Assembly (NCBI GenBank): GCA_964502215.1 | Contig: CAZCUN010000007.1 | Coordinates: forward strand, 2,794-66,793 | Length of the DNA stretch: 64,000 bases | DNA from: an uncultured Rhizobiaceae bacterium | GTDB lineage: Bacteria; Pseudomonadota; Alphaproteobacteria; Rhizobiales; Rhizobiaceae | Reading direction: 5' to 3' | Part shown: in pieces, positions 9,432 through 19,323 of the stretch | Layout of the letters: each line of letters starts with the position of its first letter | How positions within the stretch are numbered: the stretch's first letter is position 1 | The notes under the pieces: model-generated | Databases searched by the model: none | Told to the model about the DNA's origin: nothing | What the model saw: the letters and a program-made list of their open reading frames with translations, nothing else | Translations under genes and position numbers: made by a program

Positions 9432-10649
9432 CTATCCAAAAACATCCTCCGCTTTAAACTTCTCAATAGCGACTTTATCAAACCCCAATTCATTTAAAAT
9501 TTCTGCGTTATCCTGCCCTAGTAGTGGTGGATCGCGTTCTATTTGCGCAGGGCTTTCAGAAAATGAAATTGGATTATTCATTGCCAGATAACGCCCCTCA
9601 CTAGGGTGGTCTCTTTCTTCCAAAAACCCAGTCTCACGTAATTGCGGGTCATCCAACACACTGTCTAATGTATGAACTCGCATACACGGTACATTTTTTT
9701 CAGCCAACACAACCATCCATTCATCGGTAGTACGCTCAAGTGCAATGATTTCAGCTTCCTGATAAAGATCCGTGATATGATTGGTTCTGGCCGTATAGGT
9801 TGAATAACGCTCATCTTTCATCAGATGCTCACGTCCACCTAATTTAAAGAACTGATACCAATTATCATCCGAATACGGCATCAGCGCTATATAACCATCT
9901 TTCGTTTTATAAGGTTTCCTCATCGGATTTATAGAACGAGAATAGGCAATCGGCGGCCTTGGCGGAACAAATGTATGCCCATATAGATTTTCGGCCATCG
10001 TAAAAGACACCATACATTCCATCATAGGCACTTCAACAAACTGCCCTTTGCCTGTTCGCTCTTTATGAAGAAATGCAGCCAAAATTGCATAAGCAGCATG
10101 TAGCCCAGTTGTTTTATCTGCAATAAGCCCTGGAAAATAACGAGGTTCAGTCGTTCCATCTTGCATCGGTATCATAAAAGAAGCTCCCGATACTGCTTGG
10201 ACTAAATCATCATAGGCCTGCCGCTCTGCGTAATGCCCATCAGATCCAAAGCCCACTGCATGACAATAAATTATTTCTGGGTTGATCGCTTTGACACTTT
10301 CATAATCAAAGCCCAAGCGCTTCATGCCACCAGCTCTAATATTATGCACAAACCCATCCGCATCTTTCACAAGTTCATGCAAAATCTGCTTTGCACCTTC
10401 TTTGCTAAGATCGAGCGCCATCGCACGTTTATTACGATTGATAGTTAGGTATATAGGCCCCATACCTTTATTAACATGCGGCCCAGCATGGCGCATAATA
10501 TCACCACTTGGCGTTTCAATCTTTATGACATCTGCACCAAGATCACCCAAAAGTTGCGTACAATAAGGCCCTAGAACAACTGAAGTCAGGTCAATAATTT
10601 TATAGCCAGAAAGCGGTCCTTGTTTTTTTTGTATATTTTTTTCACTCAT
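9432..10649 (-). CDS. family III CoA-transferase (CaiB/BaiF/Frc-like)
   Basis: …GPLSGYKIIDLTSVVLGPYCTQLLGDLGADVIKIE… is the family N-terminal signature. I chose the ATG at 10649 (MSEKNIQ…) because the longer track ORF would overlap the upstream gene. Confidence 0.85.
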   Translation of the reverse strand: MSEKNIQKKQGPLSGYKIIDLTSVVLGPYCTQLLGDLGADVIKIETPSGDIMRHAGPHVNKGMGPIYLTINRNKRAMALDLSKEGAKQILHELVKDADGFVHNIRAGGMKRLGFDYESVKAINPEIIYCHAVGFGSDGHYAERQAYDDLVQAVSGASFMIPMQDGTTEPRYFPGLIADKTTGLHAAYAILAAFLHKERTGKGQFVEVPMMECMVSFTMAENLYGHTFVPPRPPIAYSRSINPMRKPYKTKDGYIALMPYSDDNWYQFFKLGGREHLMKDERYSTYTARTNHITDLYQEAEIIALERTTDEWMVVLAEKNVPCMRVHTLDSVLDDPQLRETGFLEERDHPSEGRYLAMNNPISFSESPAQIERDPPLLGQDNAEILNELGFDKVAIEKFKAEDVFG

Positions 10650-10680
10650 AAAAAGACTATTGGCGAAACTTTTATATTGT

Positions 10681-11178
10681 TCAACCAAATAAATGAGACA
10701 AGTCATTTTCATCCAGATGAAAGGCTTTACCGAAACCGCCATTCAAAAGGCCACGTTGAATTTTAAGCGGGTAAAAACCAAAATCACCAAAATCTATATA
10801 AAGCTCTGCTTTGGGATGCGTTTTTAGGAATGCCTCTCGAAATTCAGATCTCTGCTTGTCTTCATTTAGCATGCGCGATGTTTCTGCGACAAAGGTAATT
10901 CTGGCATAGGCAAGCCCATCACCTTTGCCAGGCTCTCCCAACATGATTGAACACTTCTTATCCTCAACCAAACATTTAGAGTGCACAGATAAATCAGAGC
11001 CTGCAAAAAACAAACCCAGCTTCTCATCATAACAAGCAGCTATTCTGCTCACCAGAGGAAAATTACTGTCTTTATCATTCACAGCCAAGCTGGCATATTT
11101 TGTTTCTGCCAAAAGTATGCGCGTTAATTCAAATGCCTCATCATTGGTTTTATGGACGGGATTAATTTTATCAACCAT
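10681..11178 (-). CDS. pyridoxamine-5'-phosphate-oxidase-like FMN-binding (HugZ-type) protein
   Basis: 165 aa. …YASLAV…FPLVSRIA…ARITFVAE… and the C-terminal …DFGFY.L… pattern fit the split-barrel family. Confidence 0.6.
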   Translation of the reverse strand: MVDKINPVHKTNDEAFELTRILLAETKYASLAVNDKDSNFPLVSRIAACYDEKLGLFFAGSDLSVHSKCLVEDKKCSIMLGEPGKGDGLAYARITFVAETSRMLNEDKQRSEFREAFLKTHPKAELYIDFGDFGFYPLKIQRGLLNGGFGKAFHLDENDLSHLFG

Positions 11179-11252
11179 TGTGTATTTTTTCCATGTTCAC
11201 AGCAGGTGTTTCTGTGGTTATAACATAAAATAAATTTTTGGAGGAATATCCT

Positions 11253-12878
11253 ATGCTTGGACAAATGATGGAACAGCAACTGCTGATTTCAAGCATCATC
11301 GATCATGCTGCCCGTTACCATGGCGATACGGAAATAGTATCCGTAAATACAGACGGTTCTCAACACCGTACTAATTATGCGCAGGTTCAACAAAGGGCAA
11401 GAAAACTTGGTTCAGCTCTAGAAAAACGCGGCATGAAACGCTCTGACCGCATTGCAACGATCGCTTGGAACAATCACCGTCATTTTGAACTTTATTATGG
11501 CGTATCAGGCGCAGGCTTTGTTTGTCATACAGTAAATCCACGCCTCTTTCCTGAGCAATTGATTTACATTCTCACACACGCTGATGATAAGGTCGTCTTC
11601 TTTGACGCAACTTTCATTCCTATTGTCGCAGGCGTTCGTGAGCATGTCCCACACATCAAACATTGGGTTTTGATGGAAGCACGTGATGAGGCGCTTTCAA
11701 AAGAGCATGATTGGATGGAATTTTATGAAGACCTGATTGCAGAAGGTGATGAGGATTATCAATGGCCACAAGACCTTGATGAAAGAGATGCCTCCTCACT
11801 TTGTTATACATCAGGCACGACGGGCAACCCTAAAGGCGTTTTATATTCACATCGCTCAACGCTTCTTCATGCCATGATGTCTGCAACACCAGATGTGATG
11901 AACTTCTCAGCGCGTGATTGTCTTTTGCCAGTTGTTCCCATGTTCCACGTAAACGCTTGGGGTTCTCCTTATGCAGGCGCATTGGCAGGCGCAAAGATTG
12001 TGATGCCAGGCCCAGGACTTGATGGCGAAAGCCTTGCCAAACTGTTTAATCAAGAAAAAGTTACGATCGCCGCAGGTGTCCCAACCATCTGGGCAGGTCT
12101 TATCCAATATCTGGAAGCAAGCGGCACGAAACTACCGCATATGCAGCGCACTGTCATTGGCGGTTCTGCATGTCCTCCAGTAATGATCGATAAATTCCGT
12201 GATGATTACGGCGTTGAAGTACTTCATGCTTGGGGCATGACAGAGATGTCTCCACTTGGTTCGGTAAACAATCTTAAAAACAAGCAATTGGATTTATCTG
12301 AAGAAGAGCAAAAAGAGATAAGACTCAATCAAGGCCGCCCTGCCTTTGGTATGGAACTTGGCATTTTTGATGAAAACTTCAACCAACTGCCAAATGATGG
12401 TGTTACACAAGGCGACCTTCATTGCCGCGGCCCATGGGTCTTGAGCGATTACTTTATGGCTGAAAAAGATACAACGCTAAACAATGGTTGGTTTGATACA
12501 GGTGACGTAGCCACAATTGATGAAGACGGTTTCATGACCATCAAAGATCGCTCCAAAGATATTATCAAATCTGGCGGCGAGTGGATATCTACCGTTGAAC
12601 TTGAAAACATCGCAGTGGGTCACCCAGAGATTGCAGCCGCAGCAGCAATTGCCGCCAAACATGACAAATGGGACGAACGACCTGTCATACTAGCGGTTAA
12701 AGCAGAAGGCGCTAAAATCACAGAAGAAGATGTCTTAAGCTACTACAATGGCAAAATCATCAAGTGGCAAATTCCCGATAAAGTTATCTTTGTTGATGCG
12801 CTTCCAATTGGTGCAACAGGTAAGATTTTAAAACGAGAACTACGCGTTGAATATGAAAATGTTCTTTTAAATAGCTAA
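11253..12878 (+). CDS. AMP-dependent acyl-CoA synthetase (fatty-acid--CoA ligase)
   Basis: AMP-binding motif [12 protein letters not shown], plus …GWFDTGDVA…[15 protein letters not shown]…. GGAGG lies 8 nt before the ATG at 11253. Confidence 0.9.
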   Translation: MLGQMMEQQLLISSIIDHAARYHGDTEIVSVNTDGSQHRTNYAQVQQRARKLGSALEKRGMKRSDRIATIAWNNHRHFELYYGVSGAGFVCHTVNPRLFPEQLIYILTHADDKVVFFDATFIPIVAGVREHVPHIKHWVLMEARDEALSKEHDWMEFYEDLIAEGDEDYQWPQDLDERDASSLCYTSGTTGNPKGVLYSHRSTLLHAMMSATPDVMNFSARDCLLPVVPMFHVNAWGSPYAGALAGAKIVMPGPGLDGESLAKLFNQEKVTIAAGVPTIWAGLIQYLEASGTKLPHMQRTVIGGSACPPVMIDKFRDDYGVEVLHAWGMTEMSPLGSVNNLKNKQLDLSEEEQKEIRLNQGRPAFGMELGIFDENFNQLPNDGVTQGDLHCRGPWVLSDYFMAEKDTTLNNGWFDTGDVATIDEDGFMTIKDRSKDIIKSGGEWISTVELENIAVGHPEIAAAAAIAAKHDKWDERPVILAVKAEGAKITEEDVLSYYNGKIIKWQIPDKVIFVDALPIGATGKILKRELRVEYENVLLNS

Positions 12879-12896
12879 GGTGATTAATACTTTATA

Positions 12897-13274
12897 ATGG
12901 ATCAAGCTCAACTTATTTTCCTGATTTTTCAAATCTGGTGTTCCATCGGAGCAATTATCGCTTTTATTTTTCTTATCTTCGGCATCGACCGAATTGATGA
13001 AGATGCGCAAGGTGCTTACGTTTTCAGACTGTTGTTAATCCCTGCAATCTTGTTGATATGGCCGCTAATTTTATGGCGCTGGATTATCCTTGAAACCAAT
13101 AAAGTCACTTGGTCAAATCGATACAAACCTCCACGCCATGCGCATTTTTGGATCGCAATTATTTTTGCCCTCGCCATTCCAAGTATCATTGTTTTAGGCT
13201 TGGCAACCCGTCAGGTTTGGCCAGTAGATTTCAAACCTCAAAAGCTTTCCATGCTTGAGGAGGAAATCGAATGA
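12897..13274 (+). CDS. integral membrane protein, unknown function
   Basis: 125 aa with 3 hydrophobic segments. First gene of an overlapping four-gene set. Confidence 0.5.
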   Translation: MDQAQLIFLIFQIWCSIGAIIAFIFLIFGIDRIDEDAQGAYVFRLLLIPAILLIWPLILWRWIILETNKVTWSNRYKPPRHAHFWIAIIFALAIPSIIVLGLATRQVWPVDFKPQKLSMLEEEIE

Positions 13275-14338
13275 GCGTTAAATACATTCCCGTACAGTGG
13301 AATTCCAACAAGTGGAAATACAACGCAATCATGCTAGCAAGCGTTTTTGCTTATTTGTGGATTTTCCTTTTCATCACACCAGACCTTATGTCAAACGAAG
13401 GTCGGTTAAATGTTCAGGTTCACAATGCAAGAGCCTTTGGATCTTGCGCCTTTCTAATGCTGAGTTTTATTCTTTGTATTGGCCCACTGGCACGATTAGA
13501 TAAACGCTTTTTACCGCTTTTATATAACCGCCGCCATTTTGGTGTGATGACGACTTTTGTAGGCATTACCCACGCTGGTTATATCGTGAATTGGTACTTT
13601 GCTTTTTCCTCCTCCAACAAATATGAAGCACTGCTTTTTGCCAACACAAGTTATGGCCAACTCTCTGGCTTTCCATTTGAAGCATTTGGCATTTTGGCGC
13701 TTTTCTGCCTTTCCATATTAGCAGCCACCAGCCATGATTTTTGGCTCAAGTTTCTCACACCACGCATATGGAAGCGTATTCATTATCTGATTTATGCAGC
13801 CTATATTCTCGTCGTTGCGCATGTCAGTTTTGGTATTTTGCAAGACCAGCAGAACCATACGTTTACAGCAATCTTTATTGTAAGTGCATTGATTGTTGCC
13901 CTCTTGCACTTGCTGGCAGCTTTACACGAGCGCAAACATGGCGATCCCTTCCCAGATACAAATGGCGATTGGATAAAAGCTTGCGAAACCTCCGCCATGC
14001 GCGAAGGCTTTGCCAAGATAATCCATCTTACGAAAAAAGAACGCGTTGCAATTTTTCTGCATGAAGGAAAGCTATCCGCGATCTCAAACGCCTGCGCTCA
14101 CCAAAATGGCCCATTGGGTGAAGGAAAGATTCTAGATTGCCTTGTAACCTGCCCATGGCATGGGTTTCAGTATGATGTCACGAATGGTTCATCACCTGCA
14201 CCATTTACGGAGAAGGTGCCAACCTATAATCTGAAACTTGAAGGCGGGAGTATTTTGGTTGACCGAAGTGCTAATCCACCTGGCACATTTGTAGAGCCAT
14301 TGGCATTTACCCTAGAAGGACAGAATAATGAGCGATGA
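13271..14338 (+). CDS. ferric-reductase-type (YedZ/NOX-like) transmembrane domain fused to a C-terminal Rieske [2Fe-2S] domain
   Basis: About 6 TM segments, with His pairs inside TM helices (IHYLIYAAYILVVAH, 13 residues between the His). C-terminal CAHQNGPL…CPWHGFQY matches the Rieske CxH…CxxH motif. Confidence 0.7.
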   Translation: MSVKYIPVQWNSNKWKYNAIMLASVFAYLWIFLFITPDLMSNEGRLNVQVHNARAFGSCAFLMLSFILCIGPLARLDKRFLPLLYNRRHFGVMTTFVGITHAGYIVNWYFAFSSSNKYEALLFANTSYGQLSGFPFEAFGILALFCLSILAATSHDFWLKFLTPRIWKRIHYLIYAAYILVVAHVSFGILQDQQNHTFTAIFIVSALIVALLHLLAALHERKHGDPFPDTNGDWIKACETSAMREGFAKIIHLTKKERVAIFLHEGKLSAISNACAHQNGPLGEGKILDCLVTCPWHGFQYDVTNGSSPAPFTEKVPTYNLKLEGGSILVDRSANPPGTFVEPLAFTLEGQNNER

Positions 14339-15089
14339 AAAACCCCCCTTCTTTGTTGGTTATTTAGGTATTCCTAAAGGCTTGAAAGGTTTTTTGCTGA
14401 AAGTTTCAGCGCTAACCTTCGCAGGTTTTGCCGCAGGTGCTGTCCTTGCAGGCGCAACTCAAGATGACCCAGGTGAGGCAGGTTTTAGATTTGATTACGG
14501 CAGACAAACCGTAACAGGCATCATTGAAGCAAAGCCCTACCCTCTTCTTTATGTGACTGAGGGTAGCGAACGCATCAAAACTGGCAAGACCATGATGCTA
14601 TCGGGTCAAGGCAAAACAGGTGCTATGAAAAATGTTGCAGCATTAGAGGGTGAAATCATCGAAGCAACTGGCTTTATATTAAAGCGCGGCGAATTAAACA
14701 TGCTCCAGCTCTTAGGTGGAAAGCGTGGTGTAAAACCGCTTTCTAAAGAAGCCCCTATTCCAGCAAGTGAGCAACTAGGACGATGGAAATTACAAGGCGA
14801 AATCTGTGATGGCAAATGCCTAGCAGGCGCAATGCAACCAGGCCGTGGCCTTGCCCATAAAGCATGTGCAAACCTTTGTCTGTTTGGTGACATACCGCCG
14901 GTCTTTGTTTCATCTCAACCCATAGAAGGCGAAGAATACTTTTTAGTGGCAGGAGCAGACGGTGGCAGACTGCCCGAAGAGGCTTACGATTACATCGGGC
15001 AATTTGTAGAAATTGAATCAGACATAGAACGCCGTGGAGATATGATGGTGTTGAAAATCGACCTTGAAAAAATCAGAGCGATCGAATGA
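14328..15089 (+). CDS. membrane-anchored protein with a CxxxC…CxxxC motif, unknown function
   Basis: 253 aa. One N-terminal TM segment and the four-Cys segment CDGKCLAGAMQPGRGLAHKACANLCLFG. Overlaps the upstream gene by 11 nt. Confidence 0.5.
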   Translation: MSDEKPPFFVGYLGIPKGLKGFLLKVSALTFAGFAAGAVLAGATQDDPGEAGFRFDYGRQTVTGIIEAKPYPLLYVTEGSERIKTGKTMMLSGQGKTGAMKNVAALEGEIIEATGFILKRGELNMLQLLGGKRGVKPLSKEAPIPASEQLGRWKLQGEICDGKCLAGAMQPGRGLAHKACANLCLFGDIPPVFVSSQPIEGEEYFLVAGADGGRLPEEAYDYIGQFVEIESDIERRGDMMVLKIDLEKIRAIE

Positions 15090-15343
15090 AAAAAGCAATC
15101 ATACTATCAATCGTAGCCGCAGTTGGATTTGTACTTTTGTATATTTCCCGCTTTTGGCTCTTCACACTTTGGGATCGCCCAGGATTGTTCGATTTAAAGC
15201 AAATTCCACCACAAGGCGGCTTGTTAGGTCGTTGGCTTAGAGGAACAGACTTCGCACCCTTTGAATTAATGATTTGGGTAATTGTCGGCTTTCTAATCTT
15301 GACCAACCTTGAAAAGCTATTCGGCCTATTTAACAAACACTGA
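15086..15343 (+). CDS. small membrane protein (2 TM), unknown function
   Basis: 85 aa. ATGA overlap with the upstream gene. Confidence 0.45.
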   Translation: MKKAIILSIVAAVGFVLLYISRFWLFTLWDRPGLFDLKQIPPQGGLLGRWLRGTDFAPFELMIWVIVGFLILTNLEKLFGLFNKH

Positions 15344-15385
15344 AAAAACCGCTTGGATTTGATGTTTTTGTAGACTAATAAACTT

Positions 15386-15401
15386 TTTACGTTAACGTAA
15401 A
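15386..15401. promoter_or_regulatory. perfect 16-bp palindrome TTTACGTTAACGTAAA (operator-like)
   Basis: Read directly. It lies 63 nt upstream of the SCP2 gene start in an AT-rich spacer. Confidence 0.35.
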
Positions 15402-15463
15402 TATTGCATTTTATAAGCAATAATTTATATCTAATTTATAACTTTTTACCGAGGAGAAATCTC

Positions 15464-15760
15464 ATGAGTTTAGAAGCAGCAGCAGAAGCAATCACTGCAA
15501 AAGTAAGTGGTGGGAGCGGCATTGGCGCGACTGTAAAATTTAACTGTGGTGACGATGGCGTTGTATTCATCGACGGCAATGCAACACCGCCAACCGTATC
15601 GACAGAAGATCAAGACGCTGATTGTACAGTCGTTTGCGACAAGGAAGTTCTAGAAAGCCTAATCGCTGGCGATCTTGATCCAACAGCTGCATTCATGCAG
15701 GGCAAGATTAAAGTTGAAGGCGACATGGGCGTTGCCATGAAGCTTAGTTCAATTCTGTAA
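15464..15760 (+). CDS. SCP2 sterol/lipid-carrier domain protein
   Basis: 98 aa from the ATG at 15464 (GAGGAG 7 nt upstream). The C-terminal …AFMQGKIKVEGDMGVAMKL… is the SCP2 signature. Confidence 0.75.
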   Translation: MSLEAAAEAITAKVSGGSGIGATVKFNCGDDGVVFIDGNATPPTVSTEDQDADCTVVCDKEVLESLIAGDLDPTAAFMQGKIKVEGDMGVAMKLSSIL

Positions 15761-15787
15761 TCTAACGATTTTAGAGATTGATTTTTA

Positions 15788-15815
15788 AAAGGACGGCAGA
15801 CATGCTGTCCTTTTT
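15788..15815 (+). terminator. rho-independent terminator
   Basis: GGACGGCA-GACA-TGCTGTCC followed by TTTTT. Confidence 0.7.
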
Positions 15816-15836
15816 GCATTTAGGGGACAATATAAA

Positions 15837-16793
15837 ATGGCTGATCATGGATATGAAGAAGGTCGCTTGAACCTTCCCTTCGTTGGCTTTGCAACCTTCG
15901 GTAAAAAACCAACCTGTGAAGACTGGAACAAAATTGATGCCGATGTTGCAGTGCTTGGCGCACCTTTTGATTTTGGCACTCAATATCGCTCAGGCACAAG
16001 ATTTGGCCCCCGCTCTATACGTGAAGCCTCAACGCTTTTCTCATTTGGTCATGCAGGTGCATACGACCATGAAGATGACGCAACTTATCTTGGCGAAGAT
16101 GTGCGCATCGTTGATATGGGGGACGCAGATATCGTTCATACAGACACCGAGAAGAGCCATGCAAATATTGAGTTTGGGGTTCGCAAAGCATTGAAAGCTG
16201 GTGCACTCCCAGTTGTTTTGGGTGGTGATCACTCCGTTAACATTCCCTGCATTAGAGCTTTTGATGATCAAGAGCCGTTTCACCTTGTGCAAATTGACGC
16301 ACACTTAGACTTTGTGGATGAACGCCACGGTGTAAGACACGGCCACGGCAACCCAATGCGTCGTGCTGCAGAAAAAGACTATGTAACAGGCCTTTCCCAA
16401 ATCGGCATCAGAAATGTCTCATCTACCGCAAAAGAAGGCTATGAAGCCGCTCGCGAAATGGGATCTGATATCGTTTCCGTTCGCCAGTTTAGAAAGCTAG
16501 GCGTCGAAGGCATGTTATCCAGAATACCGCAAGGAAAGCGTTATTACGTAACGATTGATATTGATGGCTTTGACCCTTCCATCGCTCCAGGCACAGGTAC
16601 CCCCAGCCATGGTGGTTTTCTATATTATGAAGTGCTTGAACTGCTTCAAGGTTTATCAAAGCGTGGCACTGTAATAGGCATAGACTTGGTAGAAGTTGCC
16701 CCTGATTATGACAACACAGGCTCAACCTCATTTCTAGCTGCGCAAGTCTTATTAAACTTCCTTGGCTTCATCTTTCATGAACGTGGAAAGTAA
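15837..16793 (+). CDS. agmatinase / guanidino-acid hydrolase (ureohydrolase family)
   Basis: 318 aa. …GAPFDFGTQYRSGTRFGPRSIREAS…, GGDHS, …DAHLDF… and …DIDGFDPS… Mn-binding motifs. Confidence 0.85.
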   Translation: MADHGYEEGRLNLPFVGFATFGKKPTCEDWNKIDADVAVLGAPFDFGTQYRSGTRFGPRSIREASTLFSFGHAGAYDHEDDATYLGEDVRIVDMGDADIVHTDTEKSHANIEFGVRKALKAGALPVVLGGDHSVNIPCIRAFDDQEPFHLVQIDAHLDFVDERHGVRHGHGNPMRRAAEKDYVTGLSQIGIRNVSSTAKEGYEAAREMGSDIVSVRQFRKLGVEGMLSRIPQGKRYYVTIDIDGFDPSIAPGTGTPSHGGFLYYEVLELLQGLSKRGTVIGIDLVEVAPDYDNTGSTSFLAAQVLLNFLGFIFHERGK

Positions 16794-16953
16794 GTTTCTC
16801 TCTGAAATTAACCAAAACAAAGAAAATCTCTACGTAAAGGTGAGAGTTTTTGATTGACGCAAGCGTTATAAAAGTGCTTTTTTAAAACTTGGAGAAGATA
16901 CGCTGAGACCAAATAATAACTTTGGCGCGCGTACAGGGAGCTGAATAGATAAT

Positions 16954-18066
16954 ATGGCCGGAAATAAATCTGCCACGGACACATCGTATGTCCGCTTTGA
17001 AAACGTCCAAAAAAGTTATGATGGTGAAGTTCTTGTTGTAAAGGATTTAAACCTCGATATCCAAAAGGGCGAATTCGTTACCATGCTTGGGCCGTCAGGG
17101 TCTGGCAAAACCACATGTTTGATGATGCTTGCAGGGTTTGAACCAGCAACACATGGTGAAATCTTTTTAGATGACCGTCCTATCAACATGGTTCCTCCGC
17201 ATAAGCGTGGCATTGGCATGGTTTTCCAAAACTATGCGCTGTTCCCTCATATGACGGTTGCAGAAAACCTAGCGTTTCCACTTCAAGTGCGTGGTATGAG
17301 CCGCTCTGACCAAGAAGACCGTGTTAAAAAAATTCTAGACCTAGTTGAACTCCCACAGATGGCTGGTCGTCGTCCTGCACAACTTTCAGGTGGTCAACAA
17401 CAACGTGTTGCAGTTGCAAGAGCGCTTGTGTTTGAACCTGATCTTGTTTTGATGGATGAGCCACTTGGTGCTTTGGATAAGCAATTGCGCGAGCAGATGC
17501 AGTATGAAATCAAACACATTCACGAAAACTTAGGTGTGACGGTTGTTTATGTTACACACGACCAAACAGAAGCTTTGACAATGTCAGATCGCGTGGCCGT
17601 ATTTGAAGATGGTGTTATTCAACAACTTTCATCCCCTGAAAGACTATATGAAGCACCGCAAAATTCATTCGTGGCGCAGTTTATTGGTGAAAATAACAAG
17701 CTAAATGGCGTTGTTGAAAAAATATCTAAAGGCATTTGCCAGGTTCGCACCGATGATGGTACATTGCTCCATGCAGAAAAAGTAAATGTTGAGGGTGTTG
17801 GTGACAAAACCACCCTATCTCTACGCCCTGAGCGTATTGAGCTTGACCCGCCAAAAGGCACAAAAAATTTAATTAAGGGTCGTATTGAAGAATTGATATA
17901 CTTAGGCGATCATATTCGTGTTCGTATGAATGTTGCTGGCAATGATGAGTTTATTGTTAAAGTCCGCAACAGAGCTGACAAACGACCTTTAAAAGAGGGT
18001 CAAGAAGCAAAAATCGGCTGGCTTTCAGAAGATTGTAAAGCGCTTGATTTCGTAGGTCAGCTATAA
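16954..18066 (+). CDS. polyamine-type ABC transporter ATP-binding protein (PotA/PotG-like)
   Basis: GPSGSGKTT, LSGGQQQRVAVARAL, and a C-terminal TOBE-like domain. Confidence 0.85.
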   Translation: MAGNKSATDTSYVRFENVQKSYDGEVLVVKDLNLDIQKGEFVTMLGPSGSGKTTCLMMLAGFEPATHGEIFLDDRPINMVPPHKRGIGMVFQNYALFPHMTVAENLAFPLQVRGMSRSDQEDRVKKILDLVELPQMAGRRPAQLSGGQQQRVAVARALVFEPDLVLMDEPLGALDKQLREQMQYEIKHIHENLGVTVVYVTHDQTEALTMSDRVAVFEDGVIQQLSSPERLYEAPQNSFVAQFIGENNKLNGVVEKISKGICQVRTDDGTLLHAEKVNVEGVGDKTTLSLRPERIELDPPKGTKNLIKGRIEELIYLGDHIRVRMNVAGNDEFIVKVRNRADKRPLKEGQEAKIGWLSEDCKALDFVGQL

Positions 18067-18149
18067 GAATTCGTATTTCGCCACAATTGGCAAGTACGTA
18101 ATTAGGTGTTCGGGACAATATACCAGAACATAAACAAAGGGAGAGTAAA

Positions 18150-19235
18150 ATGAAACTCACAAAACTACTTGCAGGCACAGCTATCAGCCTTGCTATCGCA
18201 TCAGGTTCAACAGCGGCATTCGCTAAGGACCTTACAGTTGTTTCTTGGGGCGGTGCTTATACCAAATCTCAAGTTGAAGCTTACCACAAGCCGTTTATCG
18301 CTAAGACTGGCGCAAACGTTAAGTCTGAAGATTACAATGGCGGCATCGCTGAGATTAAAGCTCAGGTTGAAGCTGGCAATGTAACATGGGACATCGTTGA
18401 CGTAGAATTGTCAGACGCTATCCGCGCATGTGACGAAGGCCTATTGGAAACAATCGACCATTCAACACTACCAGCTGGCGCCAACGGCAAGCCTGCTACG
18501 GAAGACTTCCTTCCAGGTACACTTTACGATTGCGCAGTAGCAAACATCGTATGGTCAACAATCTTTGCTTATGACAAATCAAAAATGCCAAATGGTCCTA
18601 AGACTATGGCTGATTTCTTTGACACAGCAAAATTCCCTGGCAAGCGTGGCCTACGTAAAGGCGCTAAAGTGAACCTTGAGTTCGCTCTAATGGCTGACGG
18701 CGTAGCTGCTAAAGACGTTTACTCAGTACTTGCAACACCTGCTGGTGTTGATCGTGCATTTGCTAAATTAGACACCATTAAAGGTGATGTAGTTTGGTGG
18801 GAAGCTGGCGCTCAGCCTCCACAAATGCTTGCTGATGGCGAAGTAGCACTTACTACCGCTTATAACGGCCGTATCTTCAACGCAGTTGCAGGCGAAGGCA
18901 AGCCATTCGAAATCGTTTGGGATGGTCAAGTTTGGGATTTGGATCTTTGGGTAATTCCAAAAGGTGCAAAAAACAAAGACACAGCACTTGAGTTCTTAAA
19001 GTTCTCAACATCAACTGAGCAGTTGGCTGCACAAGCATCATATATCTCATATGGTCCAGCTCGCCTTTCATCTGCTCCACTAGTTGGCAAGTTCCATGAT
19101 AAAGACATCGACATGGGCCCACAAATGCCAACAGCTCCAGCTAACCTGACAAACGCTGTACAGAACAACTTTGAGTTCTGGGCAGATAATGCAGATCAGC
19201 TTGGTGAGCGTTTCAACGCTTGGTTGGCAAAATAA
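18150..19235 (+). CDS. ABC transporter periplasmic substrate-binding protein (PotD/PotF-like)
   Basis: Signal peptide MKLTKLLAGTAISLAIASGSTAAFA, 361 aa, and its position in the operon. Confidence 0.8.
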   Translation: MKLTKLLAGTAISLAIASGSTAAFAKDLTVVSWGGAYTKSQVEAYHKPFIAKTGANVKSEDYNGGIAEIKAQVEAGNVTWDIVDVELSDAIRACDEGLLETIDHSTLPAGANGKPATEDFLPGTLYDCAVANIVWSTIFAYDKSKMPNGPKTMADFFDTAKFPGKRGLRKGAKVNLEFALMADGVAAKDVYSVLATPAGVDRAFAKLDTIKGDVVWWEAGAQPPQMLADGEVALTTAYNGRIFNAVAGEGKPFEIVWDGQVWDLDLWVIPKGAKNKDTALEFLKFSTSTEQLAAQASYISYGPARLSSAPLVGKFHDKDIDMGPQMPTAPANLTNAVQNNFEFWADNADQLGERFNAWLAK

Positions 19236-19252
19236 GCCTAATAAAATCATGA

Positions 19253-19281
19253 GTGCGGGAATTTCTTTCCCGCACTTTTTT
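19253..19281 (+). terminator. intra-operon rho-independent terminator / attenuator after the binding-protein gene
   Basis: GTGCGGGA-ATTTCTT-TCCCGCAC followed by TTTTTT. Confidence 0.7.
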
Positions 19282-19323
19282 AAATCTTAAGAATTAAATA
19301 GTCGCTTTAATCAGCAGACTGAA

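Noticed and set aside
9224-9493. 89-aa ORF on the minus strand in the spacer.
   Set aside because: It overlaps the 3' end of the CoA-transferase gene, has no SD sequence, has odd composition, and runs straight through the hairpin-rich island. It is most likely non-coding.
16794-16953. Guanidine (ykkC-type) or other riboswitch between the agmatinase-family gene and the ABC operon.
   Set aside because: None of the conserved ykkC core segments (…GGGUUCCG…, …ACGGCGGGA…) are present. Only a weak 4-bp stem before a T-run is visible.
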